In this document: positions 25,301 through 40,300 of the stretch, one piece after another
Layout: the number at the start of each line of letters is the position of its first letter
How positions within the stretch are numbered: the first letter of the stretch is position 1
Assembly (NCBI GenBank): GCA_964057225.1
Contig: CAXKVF010000072.1
Location: 806,001 to 870,000 of the forward strand
Direction of reading: 5' to 3'
DNA length: 64,000 nucleotides
Source of the DNA: Auanema rhodensis
Taxonomy: Eukaryota; Animalia; Nematoda
The notes under the pieces: model-generated
The model's database searches: none
The model's input: the letters and a program-made list of their open reading frames with translations, nothing else
What the model was told of the DNA's origin: nothing
Made by a program: the position numbers and the translations under genes

Positions 25301-27806
25301 CGTGTACATTTAATTAGCATAAATTAAAGTTCACGTAAATTTCAAAGTCATGGTTACCATGAACCAATATCAATAAAAATTTGTTTTTAGACTAATATGG
25401 ACATGGGGAATCTAATTTTGAAAACCGCATCTCTTCATCTTTCACGTGAAGCGAGTTACATACCAAGTGCACATCACGTGTACATTTAATTAGCATAAAT
25501 TAAAGTTCACGTAAATTTCAAAGTCATGGTTACCATGAACCAATATCAATAAAAATTTGTTTTCAGACTAATATGGACATGGGGAATCTAATTTTGAAAA
25601 CCGCATCTCTTCTTCTTTCACGTGAAGCGAGTTACATACCAAGTGCACATCACGTGTACATTTAATTAGCATAAATTAAAGTTCACGTAAATTTCAAAGT
25701 CATGGTTACCATGAACCAATATCAATAAAAATTTGTTTTTAGACTAATATGGACATGGGGAATCTAATTTTGAAAACCGCATCTCTTTATCTTTCACGTG
25801 AAGCGAGTTACATACCAAGTGCACATCACGTGTACATTTAATTAGCATAAATTAAAGTTCACGTAAATTTCAAAGTCATGGTTACCATGCACCAATATGA
25901 ATAAAAATTTGTTTTTAAACTAATATGGACATGGGGAATCTAATTTTGAAAACCGCATCTCTTTATCTTTCACGTGAAGCGAGTTACATACCAAGTGCAC
26001 ATCACGTGTACATTTAATTAGCATAAATTAAAGTTCACGTAAATTTCAAAGTCATGGTTACCATGAACCAATATCAATAAAAATTTGTTTTGAGACTAAT
26101 ATGGACATGGGGAATCTAATTTTGAAAACCGCATCTCTTTATCTTTCACGTGAAGCGAGTTACATACCAAGTGCACATCACGTGTACATTTAATTAGCAT
26201 AAATTAAAGTTCACGTAAATTTCAAAGTCATGGTTACCATGCACCAATATCAATAAAAATTTGTTTTGAGACTAATATGGACATGGGGAATCTAATTTTG
26301 AAAACCGCATCTCTTTATCTTTCACGTGAAGCGAGTTACATACCAAGTGCACATCACGTGTACATTTAATTAGCATAAATTAAAGTTCACGTAAATTTCA
26401 AAGTCATGGTTACCATGCACCAATATGAATAAAAATTTGTTTTTAAACTAATATGGACATGGGGAATCTAATTTTGAAAACCGCTTCTCTTTATCTTTCA
26501 CGTGAAGCGAGTTACATACCAAGTGCACATCACGTGTACATTTAATTAGCATAAATTAAAGTTCACGTAAATTTCAAAGTCATGGTTACCATGAACCAAT
26601 ATCAATAAAAATTTGTTTTGAGACTAATATGGACATGGGGAATCTAATTTTGAAAACCGCATCTCTTTATCTTTCACGTGAAGCGAGTTACATACCAAGT
26701 GCACATCACGTGTACATTTAATTAGCATAAATTAAAGTTCACGTAAATTTCAAAGTCATGGTTACCATGCACCAATATCAATAAAAATTTGTTTTGAGAC
26801 TAATATGGACATGGGGAATCTAATTTTGAAAACCGCATCTCTTTATCTTTCACGTGAAGCGAGTTACATACCAAGTGCACATCACGTGTACATTTAATTA
26901 GCATAAATTAAAGTTCACGTAAATTTCAAAGTCATGGTTACCATGAACCAATATCAATAAAAAATTGTTTTTAGACTAATATGGACATGGGGAATCTAAT
27001 TTTGAAAACCGCATCTCTTTATCTTTCACGTGAAGCGAGTTACATACCAAGTGCACATCACGTGTACATTTAATTAGCATAAATTAAAGTTCACGTAAAT
27101 TTCAAAGTCATGGTTACCATGAACCAATATCAATAAAAATTTGTTTTGAGACTAATATGGACATGGGGAATCTAATTTTGAAAACCGCATCTCTTTATCT
27201 TTCACGTGAAGCGAGTTACATACCAAGTGCACATAACGTGTACATTTAATTAGCATAAATTAAAGTTCACGTAAATTTCAAAGTCATGGTTACCATGCAC
27301 CAATATCAATAAAAATTTGTTTTTAGACTAATATGGACATGGGGAATCTAATTTTGAAAACCGCATCTCTTTATCTTTCACGTGAAGCGAGTTACATACC
27401 AAGTGCACATCTCGTGTACATTTAATTAGCATAAATTAAAGTTCACGTAAATTTCAAAGTCATGGTTACCATGAAGCAATATCAATAAAAATTTGTTTTT
27501 AGACTAATATGGACATGGGGAATCTAATTTTGAAAACCGCATCTCTTTATCTTTCACGTGAAGCGAGTTACATACCAAGTGCACATCACTTGTACATTTA
27601 ATTAGCATAAATTAAAGTTCACGTAAATTTCAAAGTCATGGTTACCATGAACCAATATCAATAAAAATTTGTTTTGAGACTAATATGGACATGGGGAATC
27701 TAATTTTGAAAACCGCATCTCTTTATCTTTCACGTGAAGCGAGTTACATACCAAGTGCACATCACGTGTACATTTAATTAGCATAAATTAAAGTTCACGT
27801 AAATTT
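21823..27806. repeat. ~13-monomer block duplicated at a 21-monomer offset (21823-24110 vs 25519-27806)
   Basis: T46C 21868/25564, A87T 22789/26485, C133A 23539/27235 and A134T 23716/27412 are all offset by 3696 = 21x176. Confidence 0.9.
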
Positions 27807-27982
27807 CAAAGTCATGGTTACCATGCACCAATATCAATAAAAATTTGTTTTTAGACTAATATGGACATGGGGAATCTAATTTTGAAAACCGCATCTCTTT
27901 ATCTTTCACGTGAAGCGAGTTACATACCAAGTGCACATCACGTGTACATTTAATTAGCATAAATTAAAGTTCACGTAAATTT

Positions 27983-28686
27983 CAAAGTCATGGTTACCAT
28001 GAAGCAATATCAATAAAAATTTGTTTTTAGACTAATATGGACATGGGGAATCTAATTTTGAAAACCGCATCTCTTTATCTTTCACGTGAAGCGAGTTACA
28101 TACCAAGTGCACATCACGTGTACATTTAATTAGCATAAATTAAAGTTCACGTAAATTTCAAAGTCATGGTTACCATGAAGCAATATCAATAAAAATTTGT
28201 TTTTAGACTAATATGGACAGAAGGAATCTAATTTTGAAAACCGCATCTCTTTATCTTTCACGTGAAGCGAGTTACATACCAAGTGCACATCACGTGTACA
28301 TTTAATTAGCATAAATTAAAGTTCACGTAAATTTCAAAGTCATGGTTACCATGAAGCAATATCAATAAAAATTTGTTTTTAGACTAATATGGACATGGGG
28401 AATCTAATTTTGAAAACCGCATCTCTTTATCTTTCACGTGAAGCGAGTTACATACCAAGTGCACATCACGTGTACATTTAATTAGCATAAATTAAAGTTC
28501 ACGTAAATTTCAAAGTCATGGTTACCATGAAGCAATATCAATAAAAATTTGTTTTTAGACTAATATGGACAGAAGGAATCTAATTTTGAAAACCGCATCT
28601 CTTTATCTTTCACGTGAAGCGAGTTACATACCAAGTGCACATCACGTGTACATTTAATTAGCATAAATTAAAGTTCACGTAAATTT
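27983..28686. repeat. Dimer duplication (352 bp) carrying the GGACAGAAGG allele
   Basis: The triple-substitution allele occurs at 28220-28222 and 28572-28574. Confidence 0.8.
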
Positions 28687-31600
28687 CAAAGTCATGGTTA
28701 CCATGAAGCAATATCAATAAAAATTTGTTTTTAGACTAATATGGACATGGGGAATCTAATTTTGTAAACCGCATCTCTTTATCTTTCACGTGAAGCGAGT
28801 TACATACCAAGTGCACATCACGTGTACATTTAATTAGCATAAATTAAAGTTCACGTAAATTTCAAAGTCATGGTTACCATGAACCAATATCAATAAAAAT
28901 TTGTTTTTAGACTAATATGGACATGGGGAATCTAATTTTGAAAACCGCATCTCTTTATCTTTCACGTGAAGCGAGTTACATACCAAGTGCACATCACGTG
29001 TACATTTAATTAGCATGAATTAAAGTTCACGTAAATTTCAAAGTCATGGTTACCATGCACCAATATCAATAAAAATTTGTTTTTAGACTAATATGGACAT
29101 GGGGAATCTAATTTTGAAAACCGCATCTCTTTATCTTTCACGTGAAGCGAGTTACATACCAAGTGCACATCACGTGTACATTTAATTAGCATAAATTAAA
29201 GTTCACGTAAATTTCAAAGTCATGGTTACCATGAACCAATATCAATAAAAATTTGTTTTTAGACTAATATGGACATGGGGAATCTAATTTTGAAAACCGC
29301 ATCTCTTCTTCTTTCACGTGAAGCGAGTTACATACCAAGTGCACATAACGTGTACATTTAATTAGCATAAATTAAAGTTCACGTAAATTTCAAAGTCATG
29401 GTTACCATGAACCAATATCAATAAAAATTTGTTTTTAGACTAATATGGACATGGGGAATCTAATTTTGAAAACCGCATCTCTTTATCTTTCACGTGAAGC
29501 GAGTTACATACCAAGTGCACATCACGTGTACATTTAATTAGCATAAATTAAAGTTCACGTAAATTTCAAAGTCATGGTTACCATGCACCAATATCAATAA
29601 AAATTTGTTTTTAAACTAATATGGACATGGGGAATCTAATTTTGAAAACCGCATCTCTTTATCTTTCACGTGAAGCGAGTTACATACCAAGTGCACATCA
29701 CGTGTACATTTAATTAGCATAAATTAAAGTTCACGTAAATTTCAAAGTCATGGTTACCATGCACCAATATCAATAAAAATTTGTTTTTAGACTAATATGG
29801 ACATGGGGAATCTAATTTTGAAAACCGCATATCTTTATCTTTCACGTGAAGCGAGTTACATACCAAGTGCACATCACGTGTACATTTAATTAGCATAAAT
29901 TAAAGTTCACGTAAATTTCAAAGTCATGGTTACCATGAACCAATATCAATAAAAATTTGTTTTTAGACTAATATGGACATGGGGAATCTAATTTTGTAAA
30001 CCGCATCTCTTTATCTTTCACGTGAAGCGAGTTACATACCAAGTGCACATCACGTGTACATTTAATTAGCATGAATTAAAGTTCACGTAAATTTCAAAGT
30101 CATGGTTACCATGCACCAATATCAATAAAAATTTGTTTTTAGACTAATATGGACATGGGGAATCTAATTTTGAAAACCGCATCTCTTTATCTTTCACGTG
30201 AAGCGAGTTACATACCAAGTGCACATCACGTGTACATTTAATTAGCATAAATTAAAGTTCACGTAAATTTCAAAGTCATGGTTACCATGAACCAATATCA
30301 ATAAAAATTTGTTTTTAGACTAATATGGACATGGGGAATCTAATTTTGAAAACCGCATCTCTTTATCTTTCACGTGAAGCGAGTTACATACCAAGTGCAC
30401 ATCACGTGTACATTTAATTAGCATAAATTAAAGTTCACGTAAATTTCAAAGTTATGGTTACCATGCACCAATATCAATAAAAATTTGTTTTTAGACTAAT
30501 ATGGACATGGGGAATCTAATTTTGAAAACCGCATCTCTTTATCTTTCACGTGAAGCGAGTTACATACCAAGTGCACATCACGTGTACATTTAATTAGCAT
30601 AAATTAAAGTTCACGTAAATTTCAAAGTCATGGTTACCATGAACCAATATCAATAAAAATTTGTTTTTAGACTAATATGGACATGGGGAATCTAATTTTG
30701 AAAACCGCATCTCTTCTTCTTTCACGTGAAGCGAGTTACATACCAAGTGCACATCACGTGTACATTTAATTAGCATAAATTAAAGTTCACGTAAATTTCA
30801 AAGTCATGGTTACCATGAAGCAATATCAATAAAAATTTGTTTTTAGACTAATATGGACATGGGGAATCTAATTTTGAAAACCGCATCTCTTTATCTTTCA
30901 CGTGAAGCGAGTTACATACCAAGTGCACATCACGTGTACATTTAATTAGCATAAATTAAAGTTCACGTAAATTTCAAAGTTATGGTTACCATGCACCAAT
31001 ATCAATAAAAATTTGTTTTTAGACTAATATGGACATGGGGAATCTAATTTTGAAAACCGCATCTCTTTATCTTTCACGTGAAGCGAGTTACATACCAAGT
31101 GCACATCACGTGTACATTTAATTAGCATAAATTAAAGTTCACGTAAATTTCAAAGTCATGGTTACCATGCACCAATATCAATAAAAATTTGTTTTTAGAC
31201 TAATATGGACATGGGGAATCTAATTTTGAAAACCGCATCTCTTTATCTTTCACGTGAAGCGAGTTACATACCAAGTGCACATCACGTGTACATTTAATTA
31301 GCATAAATTAAAGTTCACGTAAATTTCAAAGTCATGGTTACCATGAACCAATATCAATAAAAATTTGTTTTTAGACTAATATGGACATGGGGAATCTAAT
31401 TTTGAAAACCGCATCTCTTTATCTTTCACGTGAAGCGAGTTACATACCAAGTGCACATCACGTGTACATTTAATTAGCATAAATTAAAGTTCACGTAAAT
31501 TTCAAAGTCATGGTTACCATGAAGCAATATCAATAAAAATTTGTTTTTAGACTAATATGGACAGGGGGAATCTAATTTTGAAAACCGCATCTCTTTATCT

Positions 31601-34600
31601 TTCACGTGAAGCGAGTTACATACCAAGTGCACATCACGTGTACATTTAATCAGCATAAATTAAAGTTCACGTAAATTTCAAAGTCATGGTTACCATGAAG
31701 CAATATCAATAAAAATTTGTTTTTAGACTAATATGGACATGGGGAATCTAATTTTGAAAACCGCATCTCTTTATCTTTCACGTGAAGCGAGTTACATACT
31801 AAGTGCACATCACGTGTACATTTAATTAGCATAAATTAAAGTTCACGTAAATTTCAAAGTCATGGTTACCATGAACCAATATCAATAAAAATTTGTTTTT
31901 AGACTAATATGGACATGGGGAATCTAATTTTGAAAACCGCATCTCTTTATCTTTCACGTGAAGCGAGTTACATACCAAGTGCACATCACGTGTACATTTA
32001 ATTAGCATAAATTAAAGTTCACGTAAATTTCAAAGTCATGGTTACCATGAAGCAATATCAATAAAAATTTGTTTTTAGACTAATATGGACATGGGGAATC
32101 TAATTTTGAAAACCGCATCTCTTTATCTTTCACGTGAAGCGAGTTACATACCAAGTGCACATCACGTGTACATTTAATTAGCATAAATTAAAGTTCACGT
32201 AAATTTCAAAGTCATGGTTACCATGAACCAATATCAATAAAAATTTGTTTTTAGACTAATATGGACATGGGGAATCTAATTTTGAAAACCGCATTTCTTT
32301 ATCTTTCACGTGAAGCGAGTTACATACCAAGTGCACATCACGTGTACATTTAATTAGCATAAATTAAAGTTCACGTAAAATTCAAAGTCATGGTTACCAT
32401 GAACCAATATCAATAAAAATTTGTTTTTAGACTAATATGGACATGGGGAATCTAATTTTGAAAACCGCATCTCTTTATCTTTCACGTGAAGCGAGTTACA
32501 TACCAAGTGCACATCACGTGTACATTTAATTAGCATAAATTAAAGTTCATGTAAATTTCAAAGTCATGGTTACCATGAAGCAATATCAATAAAAATTTGT
32601 TTTTAGACTAATATGGACATGGGGAATCTAATTTTGAAAACCGCATCTCTTTATCTTTCACGTGAAGCGAGTTACATACCAAGTGCACATCACGTGTACA
32701 TTTAATTAGCATAAATTAAAGTTCACGTAAATTTCAAAGTCATGGTTACCATGAACCAATATCAATAAAAATTTGTTTTTAGACTAATATGGACATGGGG
32801 AATCTAATTTTGAAAACCGCATCTCTTTATCTTTCACGTGAAGCGAGTTACATACCAAGTGCACATCACGTGTACATTTAATTAGCATAAATTAAAGTTC
32901 ACGTAAATTTCAAAGTCATGGTTACCATGAACCAATATCAATAAAAATTTGTTTTTAGACTAATATGGACATGGGGAATCTAATTTTGAAAACCGCATCT
33001 CTTTATCTTTCACGTGAAGCGAGTTACATACCAAGTGCACATCACGTGTACATTTAATTAGCATAAATTAAAGTTCACGTAAATTTCAAAGTCATGGTTA
33101 CCATGCACCAATATCAATAAAAATTTGTTTTTAGACTAATATGGACATGGGGAATCTAATTTTGAAAACCGCATCTCTTTATCTTTCACGTGAAGCGAGT
33201 TACATACCAAGTGCACATCACGTGTACATTTAATTAGCATAAATTAAAGTTCACGTAAATTTCAAAGTCATGGTTACCATGCACCAATATCAATAAAAAT
33301 TTGTTTTTAGACTAATATGGACATGGGGAATCTAATTTTGAAAACCGCATCTCTTTATCTTTCACGTGAAGCGAGTTACATACCAAGTGCACATCACGTG
33401 TACATTTAATTAGCATAAATTAAAGTTCACGTAAATTTCAAAGTCATGGTTACCATGAACCAATATCAATAAAAATTTGTTTTGAGACTAATATGGACAT
33501 GGGGAATCTAATTTTGAAAACCGCATCTCTTTATCTTTCACGTGAAGCGAGTTACATACCAAGTGCACATCACGTGTACATTTAATTAGCATAAATTAAA
33601 GTTCACGTAAATTTCAAAGTCATGGTTACCATGCACCAATATCAATAAAAATTTGTTTTTAGACTAATATGGACATGGGAATCTAATTTTGAAAACCGCA
33701 TCTCTTTATCTTTCACGTGAAGCGAGTTACATACCAAGTGCACATCACGTGTACATTTAATTAGCATAAATTAAAGTTCACGTAAATTTCAAAGTCATGG
33801 TTACCATGAAGCAATATCAATAAAAATTTGTTTTTAGACTAATATGGACATGGGAAATCTAATTTTGAAAACCGCATCTCTTTATCTTTCACGTGAAGCG
33901 AGTTACATACCAAGTGCACATCACGTGTACATTTAATTAGCATAAATTAAAGTTCACGTAAATTTCAAAGTCATGGTTACCATGAAGCAATATCAATAAA
34001 AATTTGTTTTTAGACTAATATGGACATGGGGAATCTAATTTTGAAAACCGCATCTCTTTAACTTTCACGTGAAGCGAGTTACATACCAAGTGCACATCAC
34101 GTGTACATTTAATTAGCATAAATTAAAGTTCACGTAAATTTCAAAGTCATGGTTACCATGAAGCAATATCAATAAAAATTTGTTTTTAGACTAATATGGA
34201 CATGGGAAATCTAATTTTGAAAACCGCATCTCTTTATCTTTCACGTGAAGCGAGTTACATACCAAGTGCACATCACGTGTACATTTAATTAGCATAAATT
34301 AAAGTTCACGTAAATTTCAAAGTCATGGTTACCATGAAGCAATATCAATAAAAATTTGTTTTTAGACTAATATGGACATGGGGAATCTAATTTTGAAAAC
34401 CGCATCTCTTTATCTTTCACGTGAAGCGAGTTACATACCAAGTGCACATCACGTGTACATTTAATTAGCATAAATTAAAGTTCACGTAAATTTCAAAGTC
34501 ATGGTTACCATGCACCAATATCAATAAAAATTTGTTTTTAGACTAATATGGACATGGGGAATCTAATTTTGAAAACCGCATCTCTTTATCTTTCACGTGA

Positions 34601-37309
34601 AGCGAGTTACATACCAAGTGCACATCACGTGTACATTTAATTAGCATAAATTAAAGTTCACGTAAATTTCAAAGTCATGGTTACCATGCACCAATATCAA
34701 TAAAAATTTGTTTTTAGACTAATATGGACATGGGGAATCTAATTTTGAAAACCGCATCTCTTTATCTTTCACGTGAAGCGAGTTACATACCAAGTGCACA
34801 TCACGTGTACATTTAATTAGCATAAATTAAAGTTCACGTAAATTTCAAAGTCATGGTTACCATGAACCAATATCAATACAAATTTGTTCTGAGACTAATA
34901 TGGACATGGGGAATCTAATTTTGAAAACCGCATCTCTTTATCTTTCACGTGAAGCGAGTTACATACCAAGTGCACATCACGTGTACATTTAATTAGCATA
35001 AATTAAAGTTCACGTAAATTTCAAAGTCATGGTTACCATGAAGCAATATCAATAAAAATTTGTTTTTAGACTAATATGGACATGAGGAATCTAATTTTGA
35101 AAACCGCATCTCTTTATCTTTCACGTGAAGCGAGTTACATACCAAGTGCACATCACGTGTACATTTAATTAGCATAAATTAAAGTTCACGTAAATTTCAA
35201 AGTCATGGTTACCATGAACCAATATCAATAAAAATTTGTTTTTAGACTAATATGGACATGGGGAATCTAATTTTGAAAACCGCATTTCTTTATCTTTCAC
35301 GTGAAGCGAGTTACATACCAAGTGCACATCACGTGTACATTTAATTAGCATAAATTAAAGTTCACGTAAAATTCAAAGTCATGGTTACCATGAACCAATA
35401 TCAATAAAAATTTGTTTTTAGACTAATATGGACATGGGGAATCTAATTTTGCAAACCGCATCTCTTTATCTTTCACGTGAAGCGAGTTACATACCAAGTG
35501 CACATCACGTGTACATTTAATTAGCATAAATTAAAGTTCACGTAAATTTCAAAGTCATGGTTACCATGCACCAATATCAATAAAAATTTGTTTTTAGACT
35601 AATATGGACATGGGGAATCTAATTTTGAAAACCGCATCTCTTTATCTTTCACGTGAAGCGAGTTACATACCAAGTGCACATCACGTGTACATTTAATTAG
35701 CATAAATTAAAGTTCACGTAAATTTCAAAGTCATGGTTACCATGAACCAATATCAATAAAAATTTGTTTTGAGACTAATATGGACATGGGGAATCTAATT
35801 TTGAAAACCGCATCTCTTTATCTTTCACGTGAAGCGAGTTACATACCAAGTGCACATCACGTGTACATTTAATTAGCATAAATTAAAGTTCACGTAAATT
35901 TCAAAGTCATGGTTACCATGCACCAATATCAATAAAAATTTGTTTTTAGACTAATATGGACATGGGGAATCTAATTTTGAAAACCGCATCTCTTTATCTT
36001 TCACGTGAAGCGAGTTACATACCAAGTGCACATCACGTGTACATTTAATTAGCATAAATTAAAGTTCACGTAAATTTCAAAGTCATGGTTACCATGAAGC
36101 AATATCAATAAAAATTTGTTTTTAGACTAATATGGACATGGGGAATCTAATTTTGAAAACCGCATCTCTTTATCTTTCACGTGAAGCGAGTTACATACCA
36201 AGTGCACATCACGTGTACATTTAATTAGCATAAATTAAAGTTCACGTAAATTTCAAAGTCATGGTTACCATGCACCAATATCAATAAAAATTTGTTTTTA
36301 GACTAATATGGACATGGGGAATCTAATTTTGAAAACCGCATCTCTTTATCTTTCACGTGAAGCGAGTTACATACCAAGTGCACATCACGTGTACATTTAA
36401 TTAGCATAAATTAAAGTTCACGTAAATTTCAAAGTCATGGTTACCATGCACCAATATCAATAAAAATTTGTTTTTAGACTAATATGGACATGGGGAATCT
36501 AATTTTGAAAACCGCATCTCTTTATCTTTCACGTGAAGCGAGTTACATACCAAGTGCACATCACGTGTACATTTAATTAGCATAAATTAAAGTTCACGTA
36601 AATTTCAAAGTCATGGTTACCATGAACCAATATCAATACAAATTTGTTTTGAGACTAATATGGACATGGGGAATCTAATTTTGAAAACCGCATCTCTTTA
36701 TCTTTCACGTGAAGCGAGTTACATACCAAGTGCACATCACGTGTACATTTAATTAGCATAAATTAAAGTTCACGTAAATTTCAAAGTCATGGTTACCATG
36801 AAGCAATATCAATAAAAATTTGTTTTTAGACTAATATGGACATGGGGAATCTAATTTTGAAAACCGCATCTCTTTATCTTTCACGTGAAGCGAGTTACAT
36901 ACCAAGTGCACATCACGTGTACATTTAATTAGCATAAATTAAAGTTCACGTAAATTTCAAAGTCATGGTTACCATGAACCAATATCAATAAAAATTTGTT
37001 TTTAGACTAATATGGACATGGGGAATCTAATTTTGAAAACCGCATTTCTTTATCTTTCACGTGAAGCGAGTTACATACCAAGTGCACATCACGTGTACAT
37101 TTAATTAGCATAAATTAAAGTTCACGTAAAATTCAAAGTCATGGTTACCATGAACCAATATCAATAAAAATTTGTTTTTAGACTAATATGGACATGGGGA
37201 ATCTAATTTTGAAAATCGCATCTCTTTATCTTTCACGTGAAGCGAGTTACATACCAAGTGCACATCACGTGTACATTTAATTAGCATAAATTAAAGTTCA
37301 CGTAAAATT

Positions 37310-40300
37310 CAAAGTCATGGTTACCATGAACCAATATCAATAAAAATTTGTTTTTAGACTAATATGGACATGGGGAATCTAATTTTGAAAATCGCATCTC
37401 TTTATCTTTCACGTGAAGCGAGTTACATACCAAGTGCACATCACGTGTACATTTAATTAGCATAAATTAAAGTTCACGTAAATTTCAAAGTCATGGTTAC
37501 CATGAAGCAATATCAATAAAAATTTGTTTTTAGACTAATATGGACATGGGGAATCTAATTTTAAAAACCGCATCTCTTTATCTTTCACGTGAAGCGAGTT
37601 ACATACCAAGTGCACATCACGTGTACATTTAATTAGCATAAATTAAAGTTCACGTAAATTTCAAAGTCATGGTTACCATGAACCAATATCAATAAAAATT
37701 TGTTTTTAGACTAATATGGACATGGGGAATCTAATTTTGAAAACCGCATCTCTTTATCTTTCACGTGAAGCGAGTTACATACCAAGTGCACATCACGTGT
37801 ACATTTAATTAGCATAAATTAAAGTTCACGTAAATTTCAAAGTCATGGTTACCATGAACCAATATCAATAAAAATTTGTTTTTAGACTAATATGGACATG
37901 GGGAATCTAATTTTGAAAACCGCATCTCTTTATCTTTCACGTGAAGCGAGTTACATACCAAGTGCACATCACGTGTACATTTAATTAGCATAAATTAAAG
38001 TTCACGTAAATTTCAAAGTCATGGTTACCATGCACCAATATTTTAAAAAAATATTTTTTTTAGACTAATATGGACATGGGGAATCTAATTTTGAAAACCG
38101 CATCTCTTTATCTTTCACGTGAAGCGAGTTACATACCAAGTGCACATCACGTGTACATTTAATTAGCATAAATTAAAGTTCACGTAAATTTCAAAGTCAT
38201 GGTTACCATGCACCAATATTTTAAAAAAATATTTTTTTTAGACTAATATGGACATGGGGAATCTAATTTTGAAAACCGCATCTCTTTATCTTTCACGTGA
38301 AGCGAGTTACATACCAAGTGCACATCACGTGTACATTTAATTAGCATAAATTAAAGTTCACGTAAATTTCAAAGTCATGGTTACCATGCACCAATATCAA
38401 TAAAAATTTGTTTTTAGACTAATATGGACATGGGGAATCTAATTTTGAAAACCGCATCTCTTTATCTTTCACGTGAAGCGAGTTACATACCAAGTGCACA
38501 TCACGTGTACATTTAGTTAGCATAAATTAAAGTTCACGTAAATTTCAAAGTCATGGTTACCATGAACCAATATCAATAAAAATTTGTTTTGAGACTAATA
38601 TGGACATGGGGAATCTAATTTTGAAAACCGCATCTCTTTATCTTTCACGTGAAGCGAGTTACATACCAAGTGCACATCACGTGTACATTTAATTAGCATA
38701 AATTAAAGTTCACGTAAATTTCAAAGTCATGGTTACCATGCACCAATATCAATAAAAATTTGTTTTTAGACTAATATGGACATGGGGAATCTAATTTTGA
38801 AAACCGCATCTCTTTATCTTTCACGTGAAGCGAGTTACATACCAAGTGCACATCACGTGTACATTTAATTAGCATAAATTGAAGTTCACGTAAATTTCAA
38901 AGTCATGGTTACCATGAAGCAATATCAATAAAAATTTGTTTTTAGACTAATATGGACATGGGGAATCTAATTTTGAAAACCGCATCTCTTTATCTTTCAC
39001 GTGAAGCGAGTTACATACCAAGTGCACATCACGTGTACATTTAATTAGCATAAATTAAAGTTCACGTAAAATTCAAAGTCATGGTTACCATGAACCAATA
39101 TCAATAAAAATTTGTTTTTAGACTAATATGGACATGGGGAATCTAATTTTGAAAATCGCATCTCTTTATCTTTCACGTGAAGCGAGTTACATACCAAGTG
39201 CACATCACGTGTACATTTAATTAGCATAAATTAAAGTTCACGTAAATTTCAAAGTCATGGTTACCATGAAGCAATATCAATAAAAATTTGTTTTTAGACT
39301 AATATGGACATGGGGAATCTAATTTTAAAAACCGCATCTCTTTATCTTTCACGTGAAGCGAGTTACATACCAAGTGCACATCACGTGTACATTTAATTAG
39401 CATAAATTAAAGTTCACGTAAATTTCAAAGTCATGGTTACCATGAACCAATATCAATAAAAATTTGTTTTTAGACTAATATGGACATGGGGAATCTAATT
39501 TTGAAAACCGCATCTCTTTATCTTTCACGTGAAGCGAGTTACATACCAAGTGCACATCACGTGTACATTTAATTAGCATAAATTAAAGTTCACGTAAATT
39601 TCAAAGTCATGGTTACCATGAACCAATATCAATAAAAATTTGTTTTTAGACTAATATGGACATGGGGAATCTAATTTTGAAAACCGCATCTCTTTATCTT
39701 TCACGTGAAGCGAGTTACATACCAAGTGCACATCACGTGTACATTTAATTAGCATAAATTAAAGTTCACGTAAATTTCAAAGTCATGGTTACCATGCACC
39801 AATATTTTAAAAAAATATTTTTTTTAGACTAATATGGACATGGGGAATCTAATTTTGAAAACCGCATCTCTTTATCTTTCACGTGAAGCGAGTTACATAC
39901 CAAGTGCACATCACGTGTACATTTAATTAGCATAAATTAAAGTTCACGTAAATTTCAAAGTCATGGTTACCATGCACCAATATTTTAAAAAAATATTTTT
40001 TTTAGACTAATATGGACATGGGGAATCTAATTTTGAAAACCGCATCTCTTTATCTTTCACGTGAAGCGAGTTACATACCAAGTGCACATCACGTGTACAT
40101 TTAATTAGCATAAATTAAAGTTCACGTAAATTTCAAAGTCATGGTTACCATGCACCAATATCAATAAAAATTTGTTTTTAGACTAATATGGACATGGGGA
40201 ATCTAATTTTGAAAACCGCATCTCTTTATCTTTCACGTGAAGCGAGTTACATACCAAGTGCACATCACGTGTACATTTAGTTAGCATAAATTAAAGTTCA

